In this document: in pieces, positions 9,357-18,634 of the stretch | How the letters are laid out: each line of letters opens with the position of its first letter | Position numbering within the stretch: the first letter of the stretch is position 1 | Assembly: GCA_963744355.1 (NCBI GenBank) | Contig: CAVUTE010000004.1 | Span: 641,565 to 705,564, forward strand | Direction of reading: 5' to 3' | DNA from: an uncultured Actinomycetes bacterium | GTDB lineage: Bacteria; Actinomycetota; Thermoleophilia; Gaiellales; Gaiellaceae | Length of the DNA stretch: 64,000 bases | The notes under the pieces: model-generated | What the model saw: only the letters and a program-made list of their open reading frames with translations | Databases searched by the model: none | Told to the model about the DNA's origin: nothing | Made by a program: the position numbers and the translations under genes

Positions 9357-9781
9357 GCGTTCTCCTTCAGATATTCGAGTGCCATCTTGTAGCCGTCCGG
9401 CCCGTGACCGATGAAACGCGTGGCGACAACGTCCGAGATCACCGAGAGCCGGCGCCACTCTTCCCGCTCCTCGATGTTCGACAGGTGCACCTCGACGACC
9501 GGAATCCTCAGCGGCTCGATCGCATCGTGGATCGACCACGCGTAGTGCGTCCACGCGGCCGGATTGACGACCATGCCGTCGGTGTTGTCGTACGCGTCGT
9601 GGCACCACTTCACGAACTCGGCCTCACTGTTCGTCTGCCGGCACTGCACGGTCAGCTCGAGCTCGCGGGCCCACTTGTAGATGCGGCTCTCGAGCTCGGC
9701 GATGGTGATCCCGCCGTACTGCGTCGGGTCGCGCCGCCCGAGCATGTTCAGGTTGACGCCGTTGAGCACGATGATCCTCAC
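9353..9781 (-). CDS. aroQ: type II 3-dehydroquinate dehydratase
   Basis: 142 aa. MRIIVLNGVNLNMLGRRDP..YG, VVEVHLSNI. Confidence 0.95.
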   Translation of the reverse strand: MRIIVLNGVNLNMLGRRDPTQYGGITIAELESRIYKWARELELTVQCRQTNSEAEFVKWCHDAYDNTDGMVVNPAAWTHYAWSIHDAIEPLRIPVVEVHLSNIEEREEWRRLSVISDVVATRFIGHGPDGYKMALEYLKENA

Positions 9782-11154
9782 GCGATCAACCTATCCAGTT
9801 CCCGCCGAACGTCCGCGGCTGGAACGGCCACGTCCCACTGGGGGCCGTCGTTGCCCAGGAGGACCAGTCTGAGGGCGCCCTTCTTGTCGCGGAGAAGCGC
9901 CTCCCATGCTCGCTCCCGGTCGACCTTCACGGGAGTAGGCCGGAGGATCTCCTCCACCTGGCCGATGTCCCGTCCGGACAGGCGAAGCGCGGCGAGCAGG
10001 CCGAGCGCGACCGCGCGACCGTGCGTCACGCCCACGTAGCCGGCCGCCGTCTCGAGCGCATGCGCGAACGTGTGGCCAAGGTTCAGCATCTTCCGCTCGC
10101 CCTGGTCGAGCGGGTCGCGCAGGCACACGGCGGCCTTGAAGGCCGCGCACCTCCGAACAAGCTCGTCGTCGGACAGCTCCCACAGCGGCTCGCCGGCGAG
10201 CAGCCCCGTCTTCACGACCTCGCTCATCCCCTCGCGCCGCTGTGCGTCGGGGAGCGTCTCGAGCAGCGCAGGGTCGATCACCGTGGATGCCGGCCAGTGG
10301 AACGCGCCGACGAGGTTCTTCCCCTGCGGCAGGTCGATGCCCGTCTTGCCGCCGATTGCGGCATCCACCTGCGCGACGAGGCTCGTCGCCACGGGCACCC
10401 AGCGGATGCCGCGCAAATATGCAGCCGCTGCATAACCGGCCGCGTCGGTGGTGCAGCCGCCGCCGAGCGCGACGATCGTCCCGCGCCGGTCGAGCCGGAG
10501 CTCCTGCCACAGCCGGTCGATCGTGGCGAGCGTCTTCGCCTCCTCCCCCGACGGCAGCTCGTGCGTCTCGGCCAGGCGCGACCCGAGTGCGAGCTGTGCG
10601 TCCATGCCGTGGATGCCGGCGACGGTCGCGTCGGAGACGAGCGCCACCGGTCCGTCGCCGGGGACGAGCTCGCCGAGCTTCTGGAGCGCGCCGCGCTCGA
10701 CGTGGACGCCGGCCGCGGCGAGGACGACGTCGTGCACGTCGTGCGCCACGACGTCAGCCACCTTGGCGTAGAGCGCGCGCCGCTCCTCGTACAGGCGGCG
10801 AAACTCGCCCTCGTCCTGCGCGAGCGGACGGTCGGTTCCCTGCACGCGCTCCCAGCACGTATCCACGTCGACATCGAGCCACACTGTCAATGCGTCGCCG
10901 AGCGCTTCGCGCACCTTCGGCGACTTCACCGCGCCGCCGCCGAGCGCGAGCACGATCGCCTCCTCCTCTTGCACGCGGAACGCCGCCTCGCCCTCGTCGC
11001 GGAAGATCTCGGAGATCGGCTTCTGTGCGGACGCCTCGATGAGATCGTCCGAATCGACGCCTCCGACGGCGCGAACTGCGGTCGTCTTGCCGGCTCCCAT
11101 GAAGCCGACGAGCGCGATCTTCTTCAGCGGATCCGCTCCATGTACGCCTTCCAC
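9778..11154 (-). CDS. aroKB: bifunctional shikimate kinase / 3-dehydroquinate synthase
   Basis: P-loop LVGFMGAGKTT followed by DHQ-synthase motifs ALGGGCTTDAAGYAAA, AQVDAAIGGKTGID, LNLGHTFAHA. Start set at GTG 11154, a 31-nt overlap with aroC; the start is uncertain. Confidence 0.85.
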   Translation of the reverse strand: MEGVHGADPLKKIALVGFMGAGKTTAVRAVGGVDSDDLIEASAQKPISEIFRDEGEAAFRVQEEEAIVLALGGGAVKSPKVREALGDALTVWLDVDVDTCWERVQGTDRPLAQDEGEFRRLYEERRALYAKVADVVAHDVHDVVLAAAGVHVERGALQKLGELVPGDGPVALVSDATVAGIHGMDAQLALGSRLAETHELPSGEEAKTLATIDRLWQELRLDRRGTIVALGGGCTTDAAGYAAAAYLRGIRWVPVATSLVAQVDAAIGGKTGIDLPQGKNLVGAFHWPASTVIDPALLETLPDAQRREGMSEVVKTGLLAGEPLWELSDDELVRRCAAFKAAVCLRDPLDQGERKMLNLGHTFAHALETAAGYVGVTHGRAVALGLLAALRLSGRDIGQVEEILRPTPVKVDRERAWEALLRDKKGALRLVLLGNDGPQWDVAVPAADVRRELDRLIA

Positions 11155-12176
11155 GCGGCGACGAAGTCGCCGAGCGCATCGCCGCCGAACTTCTCCCGCG
11201 CCGCGCGCGCCAGCTCCCATGCGACTGCCGACTCGGCGACGACGGCGAGCGCCTCGACGGCGGAGACGTCGCTGCGCTCGACGAGTGCGTTCGCCGCCTC
11301 GCCCGTCTGCAGGTCGACGGACGCGAGTGGCTTCATCAGCGTCGGAAGCGGCTTCATCCCCGCGCGGACGACGATCTCTTCGCCGTTCGACATGCCGCCC
11401 TCGATGCCGCCGGCGCGGTTGGACAAGCGCCGCTTGTCCGTTCCGATCTCGTCGTGCGCCTCGGAGCCGCGCAGCTCCGCGAGTGCGAAGCCGTCGCCGA
11501 TCTCGACACCCTTCACCGCCTGGATCCCCATGAGCGCCGCCGCCAGGCGCGCGTCGAGCCGGTCCTCCTTGCGCGCGTACGAGCCCAGCCCGGGCGGGAC
11601 GCCGGTCGCGCGCACCTCGACGATGCCGCCGAGCGTGTCCTGAGCTTTGCGCGCGGCGTCGATCGCAGCCTCGTCGACGTCGGTCGAGCCGTGCACCTCG
11701 ATCCCGATCTCCTTCAGCAGCGCTTTCGCCACCGCGCCGGCGGCGACGTGCACGGCCGTATGCCGCGCCGACGCGCGCTCGAGCGCGTCGCGCACGTCCG
11801 AGAGGCCGTACTTCTGCACGCCGGCGAGGTCGGCGTGGCCCGGACGGGGAAGCGTCACCGCCTTCGTGCCTTTGCCTTCCGGCTCGCCCCCGGGCGGCCA
11901 GGGGCTCATCCCCCAGGTCCAGTTCTTGTGGTCGCGGTTGCGCACGACGAGCGCGAGCGGCGTCCCAAGCGTGCGGCCCTGACGGAGGCCGGCGAGCACC
12001 TCGACCTCGTCCGTCTCGATCTGCTGACGGGGCGAGCGGCCGTAGCCCTGCTGGCGGCGCCGGAGGTCGGCGTCGATCGCGTCCTTGTCGAGGACGAGCC
12101 CCGCGGGCAGGCCCGACAGGATCGCGACGAGCGCGGGGCCGTGCGACTCCCCTGCGGATGCCAGCTCGAGATTCAC
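11124..12176 (-). CDS. aroC: chorismate synthase
   Basis: ORF 11124..12440 trimmed to GTG 12176 (VNLELASAGESHGPALVAILSG), which overlaps the aroE stop. RPGHADLAG and NRAGGIEGGMSNG motifs. Confidence 0.9.
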   Translation of the reverse strand: MNLELASAGESHGPALVAILSGLPAGLVLDKDAIDADLRRRQQGYGRSPRQQIETDEVEVLAGLRQGRTLGTPLALVVRNRDHKNWTWGMSPWPPGGEPEGKGTKAVTLPRPGHADLAGVQKYGLSDVRDALERASARHTAVHVAAGAVAKALLKEIGIEVHGSTDVDEAAIDAARKAQDTLGGIVEVRATGVPPGLGSYARKEDRLDARLAAALMGIQAVKGVEIGDGFALAELRGSEAHDEIGTDKRRLSNRAGGIEGGMSNGEEIVVRAGMKPLPTLMKPLASVDLQTGEAANALVERSDVSAVEALAVVAESAVAWELARAAREKFGGDALGDFVAAWKAYMERIR

Positions 12177-12820
12177 TCGGGCAAGCCTAGAGCGCGGCGC
12201 ATGACGGCAACGGGGGCCGGGACGCCCGTCCAGAGCTCGAACGAGGCCGCGCCTTGCGCGACGAGCACCTCGTAGCCGTCGAGCACGCGCGCGCCTGCGG
12301 CCGCCGCTGCCTCGGCCGTCGCCGAGCGCGGATAGAGCAGATCGACGAGCGTCTGCCCCGGCCCGAGCTCGGCGAGGACCTCGTCGCGCGCCGACGTCGC
12401 CTGGACGACGAGGCCTGCGTCGCGCACGTCCGGCGGCCACTCGCCCTTGCGGGAGAAGGAGCGCGCCTGCGGCAGCGCGCGCTTGAACGCAGTGGCCGCG
12501 CCTCCGTCGCCGATGATCGCGGGCCGCTCGAATTCGAGCCCGTCGACGATTGCGGCGTCGGTCGAGAAGCCGTCCATCCCGACGAGCGTGTTCACCGAGG
12601 GGAGCTCCGAGCCGATCAACTTCGCAACGGCCGCCTTGTGCGGCGTCGTCACGTTCGCGCCGGCGAAGCCGAGCGCGGCGAGACCGCGGACGGCGTCCTC
12701 CAGGTCCTCGGGCGGGACGTCCAGCGCGACGTAGGCCCAGTCGAGCCCGCGCGCGGCGAATGCGGCGTTCTGCATCCGCGGCGAGAGCGAGTGCTCGACC
12801 GGGTGGCCGAGCAGCGCGAT
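12173..12820 (-). CDS. aroE: shikimate dehydrogenase (short; start codon unresolved)
   Basis: RYIALLGHPVEHSLSPRMQNAAF, GANVTTPHK, IIGDGGAATA. There is no ATG/GTG/TTG between the conserved N-terminus and about 36 codons upstream. Candidates are ATC 12841, ATC 12820 and CTG 12814; the next ATG (12775) would remove the conserved N-terminal strand. Confidence 0.7.
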   Translation of the reverse strand: MALLGHPVEHSLSPRMQNAAFAARGLDWAYVALDVPPEDLEDAVRGLAALGFAGANVTTPHKAAVAKLIGSELPSVNTLVGMDGFSTDAAIVDGLEFERPAIIGDGGAATAFKRALPQARSFSRKGEWPPDVRDAGLVVQATSARDEVLAELGPGQTLVDLLYPRSATAEAAAAAGARVLDGYEVLVAQGAASFELWTGVPAPVAVMRRALGLPE

Positions 12821-12824
12821 GTAC

Positions 12825-13634
12825 CTAGTAGCCGTAGAGATGCTCGTGATTGACGAAGTCGTTGTAGTTGGACGTGAAGTAGTGGTGGCGGTGATCCGGC
12901 TTGCGCACGAAGTACAGGTAGTCGACGTGTGCAGGGTGTGCGGCCGCCTCGATGGAGGGTAATCCGGGGTTCGCGATGGGCGTGGGCGGCAGGCCGAGGA
13001 ACTTGCGCGAGTTGTACGGGTTGTTGCTCTCGAGGTCGGACTGCAGCAGCGGCTTCGTCCCCGGCACGTGCAGCCCGTAACGAATTGTCGAGTCCATGCC
13101 GAGCGGCATCCGGTCGTGCAGCCGGTTGTAGATGACTGCCGCAACCAGCTTCCGTTCGCTCGCTACCACCGCTTCGCGCTCCACGATCGAGGCGATCTTC
13201 AAGACGTCGTACGGCGTGAGGTTCTTCGAGCGCGCGTACGTCAGGTCGACCTTCGACCACTCGACGTGGAACGCCTGCAGCTGTGCCGCGACGAGTTGCT
13301 TCGACGTCGTGTTCTTCAGGAAATCGTACAGCGCCGGAAACAGAAATCCCTCCAGCGGCAACCTCGCCGTGCCGAAGCCGGCGACGCGACGCGGGCCCGA
13401 CGCCTTCAAGTACGTGCGCGCCGAGATCTTCGGACGCACGTGACGCTCGTTGAAGGCGATCTTCGCCACCGCCTGGACGCGCTCCGCCATCTGCGCGCGC
13501 GTGAACCCCTCCGGGAAGACGATCTTGAACGGCTTCGGCGGGGGCGGCGTTGTGGCGACCGGCTGCTTCGACCCGCCGCAGCCGGCGGCGACCAGCACGA
13601 ACGCGACCGTTAATGCCGCGCTGAGCCGGACCAC
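12825..13634 (-). CDS. mltG: endolytic transglycosylase MltG (YceG-like), lipoprotein-type signal
   Basis: ORF 12825..14135 trimmed to GTG 13634 (VVRLSAALTVAFVLVAAGCGG, lipobox). YceG motifs ASIVEREA, IYNRL, PLGMDSTIRYG, YNSRKFLGLPPTPIANPG. Confidence 0.85.
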   Translation of the reverse strand: MVRLSAALTVAFVLVAAGCGGSKQPVATTPPPPKPFKIVFPEGFTRAQMAERVQAVAKIAFNERHVRPKISARTYLKASGPRRVAGFGTARLPLEGFLFPALYDFLKNTTSKQLVAAQLQAFHVEWSKVDLTYARSKNLTPYDVLKIASIVEREAVVASERKLVAAVIYNRLHDRMPLGMDSTIRYGLHVPGTKPLLQSDLESNNPYNSRKFLGLPPTPIANPGLPSIEAAAHPAHVDYLYFVRKPDHRHHYFTSNYNDFVNHEHLYGY

Positions 13635-13984
13635 TCGAGATAGCTGGAGAGGAGATGCGCCGCGGCGCGCGCGTCTTCGGACGTCGACGAAGGGCTCTGT
13701 TCTGCGAGGTCGGTCGTGAAGCGTTCGTCGAAGAGGACAACCGGAACGTCGACCGCCGACCGCAGCGCCTTGGCGAACCGCTCCGCGGCCTTCGCCTGCT
13801 CGCCGCGCTCGCCGCGCAGCGTCAGCGGATGGCCGACGACGACCTCCTCCACACCCTGGTCGCGAACGATGGCCACGATCTCGTCGATGTCGGCGCGTTT
13901 CACGATGCCGAGCGGACGCGCAACAACGCCGGTCGGGTCCGACACCGCCACGCCCGTGCGCGCGGAGCCGAAGTCGAGCGCCAT
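13610..13984 (-). CDS. ruvX: Holliday-junction-resolvase-like pre-16S rRNA nuclease RuvX/YqgF
   Basis: 124 aa from ATG 13984. MALDFGSARTGVAVSDP...VVVGHPL...VVLFDERFTT. Confidence 0.85.
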   Translation of the reverse strand: MALDFGSARTGVAVSDPTGVVARPLGIVKRADIDEIVAIVRDQGVEEVVVGHPLTLRGERGEQAKAAERFAKALRSAVDVPVVLFDERFTTDLAEQSPSSTSEDARAAAHLLSSYLEWSGSARH

Positions 13985-13989
13985 GACCT

Positions 13990-16485
13990 TCAAGCGAGTG
14001 CCTTCTTCGCCGCGGCGAACGCGTTCGGGATCTCGTCGGGGACGTTCCCGCCGGCCTGCGCCATCGTCGGCTTCCCGCCGCCGCGTCCGCCCACGATCTG
14101 CCCCATCTCGTTCGCGAGCGCCGCCGCATTGACACCGACGCTCTCGGCCACGTTGACGACGATGTGCACGCGGCCGTCGGTGATGGACGCGACGACGGCG
14201 CCGTCGGCCTTCTCCTGCTGGCGGATGCGGTCGGAGAGGTCGCGCAGCGGGCCCGGCTGCAGGTCGGACGCCTGCGCGAAGACGACGCCGTCGACGCGCT
14301 CGGTGATCTCGTACTGCATCGCCGATTCTTGCTTTGGCTGCTTCGACTCGCGGCGTGCGCGCTCGAGCTCGCCGCGCAGCTCCTCCGCCTCGCGCGCCTG
14401 CTCGTGCAGGAGCGCGAACGCCTCGCCCGACGTCACCGCTTCGATGCGGCGCGCGCCTGCGCCGACGGAGCTCTCGTCGAGGATGACGAACGGTCCGATC
14501 TCCGCCGTCGAGCGAACGTGCGTGCCGCCGCAAAGCTCTACCGACCAGCCGTCGATGTCGACGACGCGCACGATGTCGCCGTACTTCTCGCCGAAGAGCA
14601 TCATCGCGCCGAGCTTGCGCGCCTCGGCGATCGGCGTCTCGTAGATCCGCACCGGGAGGTTCGCGAACACGCGCTCGTTCACCCGGCGCTCGACCTCGGC
14701 GCGTTCCTCGGAGCTGAGAGGCTGCGGATGCGTGAAGTCGAAGCGGAGCTTGTCCGGCCGCACCGCCGAGCCCGCCTGCTTCACGTGGTCGCCCAGCACC
14801 TCGCGCAGGCACTCGTGCAGGACGTGGGTGGCCGTGTGGTTCGCCATCGTCGGGAAGCGCACGCTCCACGGGACGGTCGCGACCACGCGATCACCGACGC
14901 TGAAGCCTTCGCCTCGGAACACGATCTCCTGGTCGCCGTCCAAGCGGATGAGCTCGACGACCTCTGCCATCGCGCCATCGTCCTTCTCGATCGTCCCCAG
15001 GTCCGAAACCTGGCCGCCGCCGGCTGGATAGAACGGCGACCGCTCGAGCTTCGCCTGGAAGAGGCCGTCGCCGAGATCGGCGTAGGCGACGATCGCCGTC
15101 GGCACCTCGGTGCGCTCGTATCCGACGAACTCGGTGCGTGGCGCGCCGGAAAAACGCACGTCCACCTGGACGCCGCTCGTCCGGCGCGAGATCTCGCGGT
15201 GCTCCTCGAACAGCCGCGTGTACTCCTCGTCGTTCACGCCAAGGCCACGCTCGCGCGCGAGCTCCTGCGTCAGCTCGATCGGGAAGCCGTACGTCGCCTG
15301 CAGCGCGAACGCGTCGTCGCCGGTGATCTCACCCCGTGCCGCAGCCTCTTCGAAGACCTTCATCCCGCGCTCGAGCGTCTCGCCGAAGCGCTCCTCCTCG
15401 GCCGTCAGCACCTGCTTGATCTCACGCCGATGCTCACCGAGCTCCCGATACGCCTCTCCCATCTGCTCGATCACAGCGTCGGCGAGACCGGCGAGGAACG
15501 GCGGCTGCATGCCGATGCGCTGCCCGTGCTGCGCCGCGCGCCGGATGACGCGCCGGAGCACGTACCCGCGGCCCTCGTTCGACGGCGTCACGCCGTCGGA
15601 GACGAGGAACGTCATCCCGCGGCCGTGGTCGGCGAGCACGCGGTGCGCCTTCGTCGCGTCGACCGAGTCGCCGTACGCGACGCCCGACTCGGAGGCGATC
15701 CAGCCCATGATCGTCTGGTAGCCGTCCGTGTCGTAGACGGACGCAACCTGCTGGACAATCTGCGCGGTGCGTTCGAGGCCGAGGCCGGTGTCGACGTTCT
15801 GCGCCGGCAGCGGTGTGAGCGTCCCGTCCGCGTGCTGCTCGTACGCCATGAAGACGAGGTTCCAGAACTCGAGGAAGCGCGAGCAGCGCGTGCAGCCCGG
15901 CGCGCAGTCCGGCTCGCCGCAGCCGGCCTCGACGCCCCAGTCGTAGTAGATCTCCGAATCGGGACCGCACGGCCCCGGGCCGCCGACCGACCAGAAGTTC
16001 TCCGACGACGGCAGCGGCACGATCCGCTCGGGCGGGATGCCGATCGCCTCCCACAGCCGAATGGCCTCCTCGTCGGGGCCGAGCTTCAGCTCCGGGTCAC
16101 CGGCGTGGACGCTCACCCAGATCCGGTCCCAGTCGAGCCCGAGCCGGTGGCGCACGAACTCGGTCGCGTACGCGATCGCGCCCTCCTTGAAGTACTGGCC
16201 GAACGAGAAGTTGCCGAGCATCTCGAAGAACGTCAGGTGATACGTGTCGAGTCCGACCTCGTCGATGTCCGGTGTGCGGAAGCATTTCTGGGCGGTCGTC
16301 GTCAGCGGCGCGGGCGGCTGCTCCCGGCCGAGGAAGAACGGCATCTGCGGCTGCATGCCCGCGGTGGTGAGCAGCGTCGACCGGTCATCAGCGCGCGGCA
16401 CGAGCGATGCCGACGGACGGCGCATGTGGCCCTTCTCCTCGAAATAGGAGAGAAATCCCTCGCGAATCTCGGCACTCGTGCGCAT
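13990..16485 (-). CDS. alaS: alanine--tRNA ligase
   Basis: 831 aa. MRTSAEIREGFLSYFEEKGH, FTTAGMQ-type LLTTAGMQ, editing-domain HTATHVLH, CGGTHV. Confidence 0.95.
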   Translation of the reverse strand: MRTSAEIREGFLSYFEEKGHMRRPSASLVPRADDRSTLLTTAGMQPQMPFFLGREQPPAPLTTTAQKCFRTPDIDEVGLDTYHLTFFEMLGNFSFGQYFKEGAIAYATEFVRHRLGLDWDRIWVSVHAGDPELKLGPDEEAIRLWEAIGIPPERIVPLPSSENFWSVGGPGPCGPDSEIYYDWGVEAGCGEPDCAPGCTRCSRFLEFWNLVFMAYEQHADGTLTPLPAQNVDTGLGLERTAQIVQQVASVYDTDGYQTIMGWIASESGVAYGDSVDATKAHRVLADHGRGMTFLVSDGVTPSNEGRGYVLRRVIRRAAQHGQRIGMQPPFLAGLADAVIEQMGEAYRELGEHRREIKQVLTAEEERFGETLERGMKVFEEAAARGEITGDDAFALQATYGFPIELTQELARERGLGVNDEEYTRLFEEHREISRRTSGVQVDVRFSGAPRTEFVGYERTEVPTAIVAYADLGDGLFQAKLERSPFYPAGGGQVSDLGTIEKDDGAMAEVVELIRLDGDQEIVFRGEGFSVGDRVVATVPWSVRFPTMANHTATHVLHECLREVLGDHVKQAGSAVRPDKLRFDFTHPQPLSSEERAEVERRVNERVFANLPVRIYETPIAEARKLGAMMLFGEKYGDIVRVVDIDGWSVELCGGTHVRSTAEIGPFVILDESSVGAGARRIEAVTSGEAFALLHEQAREAEELRGELERARRESKQPKQESAMQYEITERVDGVVFAQASDLQPGPLRDLSDRIRQQEKADGAVVASITDGRVHIVVNVAESVGVNAAALANEMGQIVGGRGGGKPTMAQAGGNVPDEIPNAFAAAKKALA

Positions 16486-16491
16486 CCGAGC

Positions 16492-16497
16492 ATTCTA
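16492..16497 (-). promoter_or_regulatory. -10-like hexamer TAGAAT, 6 nt upstream of the alaS ATG (candidate leaderless promoter)
   Basis: Minus strand reads TAGAAT-gctcgg-ATG. Only 49 nt separate alaS from the divergent carboxypeptidase gene. Confidence 0.5.
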
Positions 16498-16522
16498 GGT
16501 TGGGGTCCTCCGGGCGCCGCCG

Positions 16523-16528
16523 TATGCT
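16523..16528 (+). promoter_or_regulatory. -10-like hexamer TATGCT, 6 nt upstream of GTG 16535 (candidate leaderless promoter)
   Basis: Plus strand reads TATGCT-cgtccg-GTG. Confidence 0.4.
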
Positions 16529-16534
16529 CGTCCG

Positions 16535-17506
16535 GTGCGACCCCGCCGGAAGTACCGCGTCCGTCGGCTTACGCCCATCGCGCTGCTCGTCCTCGCGGCG
16601 GTCATGGCGGGTGCGTGGGTCGGCGCGCGCCGCCCGGCGGCGAGCGTGAACGCCGCTGCATCCGGCCCGCTCGTCATCGCCCCGCCGGCCGTTCACACCG
16701 TGCGCACGGTGCCGCTCGCGCCGGAGCATCTCCTGAACGGCGACGACATCCTCCAGCATGCGTTCTCGCCGCCCCTGTCGGCGGCCGCGGCGATCGTCGT
16801 CGACGCCGGAACCGGCCGCGTACTCTGGCAGCTCCAGCCGCACGAGCACCGCAAGGTCGCCTCGCTGACGAAGATCATGACCGCGCTGCTCGCGCTGAAG
16901 AAGCTCGCGCCGAACGACATCGTCACCGTCGACAAGTCCGTGCCGCGCGTCCCGCTCGTCCGCGAGGGCCTGCGCGCGGGCGAGCGCGTCAAGGCATGGA
17001 AGCTCTTCTACTCGATGCTCCTCTACTCCGGAAACGACGACGCCTTGGCGCTCGCGATCGCTGCCGGCGGCGACAAGTGGACGTTCGTGCGCGAGATGAA
17101 TGACGAGGCGCATCGCCTCGGCCTGCACGACACGCACTTCATCTCGCCGAGCGGGGTTGTCGATCGCGACAACTACTCGAGCGCGTGGGACATGGCGGCG
17201 CTGACCCGCGTCGCGCTACGCAACGAACGCTTCGACACGATCGTGCGCACGAAGATCATTCACGTCCCGTGGAGCGCACCGACCTATTCCAAGATCTACG
17301 TCAACAACAACTTGATGCTGCGCTCCTATCCCGGTGCCGACGGCGTCAAGACCGGGTACACGCACAAGTCCGGGCCGTGCCTCGTCGTCTCGGCGACCCG
17401 CCACGGGCACACGTTGATAGCGGTGCTGCTCGACGACCCGAACATGTACGCCGACGGGACGCGGCTGCTGAACTTCGGCTTCAGCGCCGCGGCTTCGAGC
17501 TCGTAG
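16535..17506 (+). CDS. D-alanyl-D-alanine carboxypeptidase (S11/PBP5 family)
   Basis: 323 aa. N-terminal TM/signal, then SLTK (SxxK), YSGNDD (SxN) and KTGYT (KTG) motifs. Confidence 0.85.
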   Translation: MRPRRKYRVRRLTPIALLVLAAVMAGAWVGARRPAASVNAAASGPLVIAPPAVHTVRTVPLAPEHLLNGDDILQHAFSPPLSAAAAIVVDAGTGRVLWQLQPHEHRKVASLTKIMTALLALKKLAPNDIVTVDKSVPRVPLVREGLRAGERVKAWKLFYSMLLYSGNDDALALAIAAGGDKWTFVREMNDEAHRLGLHDTHFISPSGVVDRDNYSSAWDMAALTRVALRNERFDTIVRTKIIHVPWSAPTYSKIYVNNNLMLRSYPGADGVKTGYTHKSGPCLVVSATRHGHTLIAVLLDDPNMYADGTRLLNFGFSAAASSS

Positions 17507-18245
17507 GCTCGTCCTCGGCGATCTCCGCGCGGATCTTCTCGAGCGAACGGCGGATCAGCCGCGACACGTGCATCTGCGAGATGCCGACCTGCTGCGCAAT
17601 CTGCGACTGCGTGAGACCGTCGAAGAAGCGGAGCTGGAGGATCATCCGCTCGCGCTCGTCCAGCGCGCGGAATCCCGGCGCGAGGACGGCGCGATCCTCG
17701 GAGACCTCGTACTGGTGCTCGATCGTTCCGATCGACTCGAGCGGGTCGAGATCGTCCTCGCCGTCGCCGCCGCCGGATGAGAGCGAGAGCGACGAGTAGG
17801 CGCGCCCGGACTCGAGCGCCTCGAGCACTTCCTCCTCCTGGACGCCCGCGGCCTTCGCGAGTTCGGGGATCGTCGGGGAGCGGCTGAATTGCACCGTGAG
17901 CTGTTCCACGAGCTTCGACAGCTGCACGTTGAGCTCTTGCAGGCCGCGCGGGACACGCACCGCCCAGCCCTTGTCGCGGAAGTGGCGCTTGATCTCGCCG
18001 ATGATGTTCGGCGTCGCGTACGTCGTCAGCTCGACGCCGCGCTCGATGTCAAAGCGGTCGATCGCCTTGATCAGCCCGATGGCGCCGATCTGCACGAGGT
18101 CGTCGAGCTGCTCGCCCCGATAGGAGTAGCGGCGCGCGAGCGAGCGCACGAGCGACATGTACTGCTCGATGAGCTGCTCACGCGCTTGGAGATCTCCCTG
18201 CTCGTGATAGCGCCGAAGCAGGATCTTGTCGTCGATCCGCGGCAC
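17481..18245 (-). CDS. RNA polymerase sigma factor, SigB/SigF/SigG-like (group 3)
   Basis: ORF trimmed to GTG 18245 (VPRIDDKILLRRYHEQGD). Region 2: DLVQIGAIGLIKAIDRFD, TYATPNIIGEIKRHFRD. Region 4: LTQSQIAQQVGISQMHVSRL. The 3-prime end overlaps the convergent carboxypeptidase gene by 26 nt. Confidence 0.9.
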   Translation of the reverse strand: MPRIDDKILLRRYHEQGDLQAREQLIEQYMSLVRSLARRYSYRGEQLDDLVQIGAIGLIKAIDRFDIERGVELTTYATPNIIGEIKRHFRDKGWAVRVPRGLQELNVQLSKLVEQLTVQFSRSPTIPELAKAAGVQEEEVLEALESGRAYSSLSLSSGGGDGEDDLDPLESIGTIEHQYEVSEDRAVLAPGFRALDERERMILQLRFFDGLTQSQIAQQVGISQMHVSRLIRRSLEKIRAEIAEDEPTSSKPRR

Positions 18246-18247
18246 GT

Positions 18248-18634
18248 CTAGCCCCCAGTAGCCGCCGTTGCAGCCGTTCGCTTCGTCAACTCGACCCATG
18301 CTTCGCCGTTGCGTTCCTCGACCTCGAATGCCTCGCACACGGTCTCGAGCACGCGGCGTAGGCCGAGCTCGTTGCCGTCACGCTCGATGTCTTCGAGGAT
18401 CGCGGACGGGAGCGGTCCTACCGTCGCGCGCATCTCCTGGTCGTCGAACACCACGCGCACGACAACGTCTCCTTCGTCGTCGCGTCGTGCAAGCAGCGCG
18501 TCGAGCGCGACCTGCAGATCCTCGAGCGCGTCCATCGTCAGGTCGAGGCGCACCGCGAGGCCGCCGACGACGAGGTGCACGATCGGACGGAAGTCCTCCT
18601 GTGCCGGCACCACAAGCGTTATCTCGTCGCTCAC
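18248..18634 (-). CDS. RsbW/SpoIIAB-like anti-sigma factor homologue (degenerate; function inferred)
   Basis: 128 aa from GTG 18634. ITLVVPAQEDFRPIVHLVVGGLAVRLDLTMDALEDLQVALDALL resembles the N-terminal half of HATPase-type anti-sigma factors, but I see no N-box Asn or G-boxes. Ends 2 nt before the sigma gene start. Confidence 0.4.
   Translation of the reverse strand: MSDEITLVVPAQEDFRPIVHLVVGGLAVRLDLTMDALEDLQVALDALLARRDDEGDVVVRVVFDDQEMRATVGPLPSAILEDIERDGNELGLRRVLETVCEAFEVEERNGEAWVELTKRTAATAATGG

Noticed and set aside
16486-16534. T-box or other leader riboswitches upstream of alaS, hisS, aspS and gltX
   Set aside because: alaS and gltX have divergent spacers of only 49 and 20 nt. hisS and aspS start by GTGA overlap with the upstream gene. 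There is no room for a 200-300-nt leader.
14164-17103. 979-aa plus-strand ORF, the longest in the track
   Set aside because: It is antisense to alaS over most of its length. Its composition is Arg/Ala/Leu/Asp-rich with no motifs. This is a typical shadow ORF of a GC-rich genome, whereas alaS on the minus strand has unmistakable motifs.
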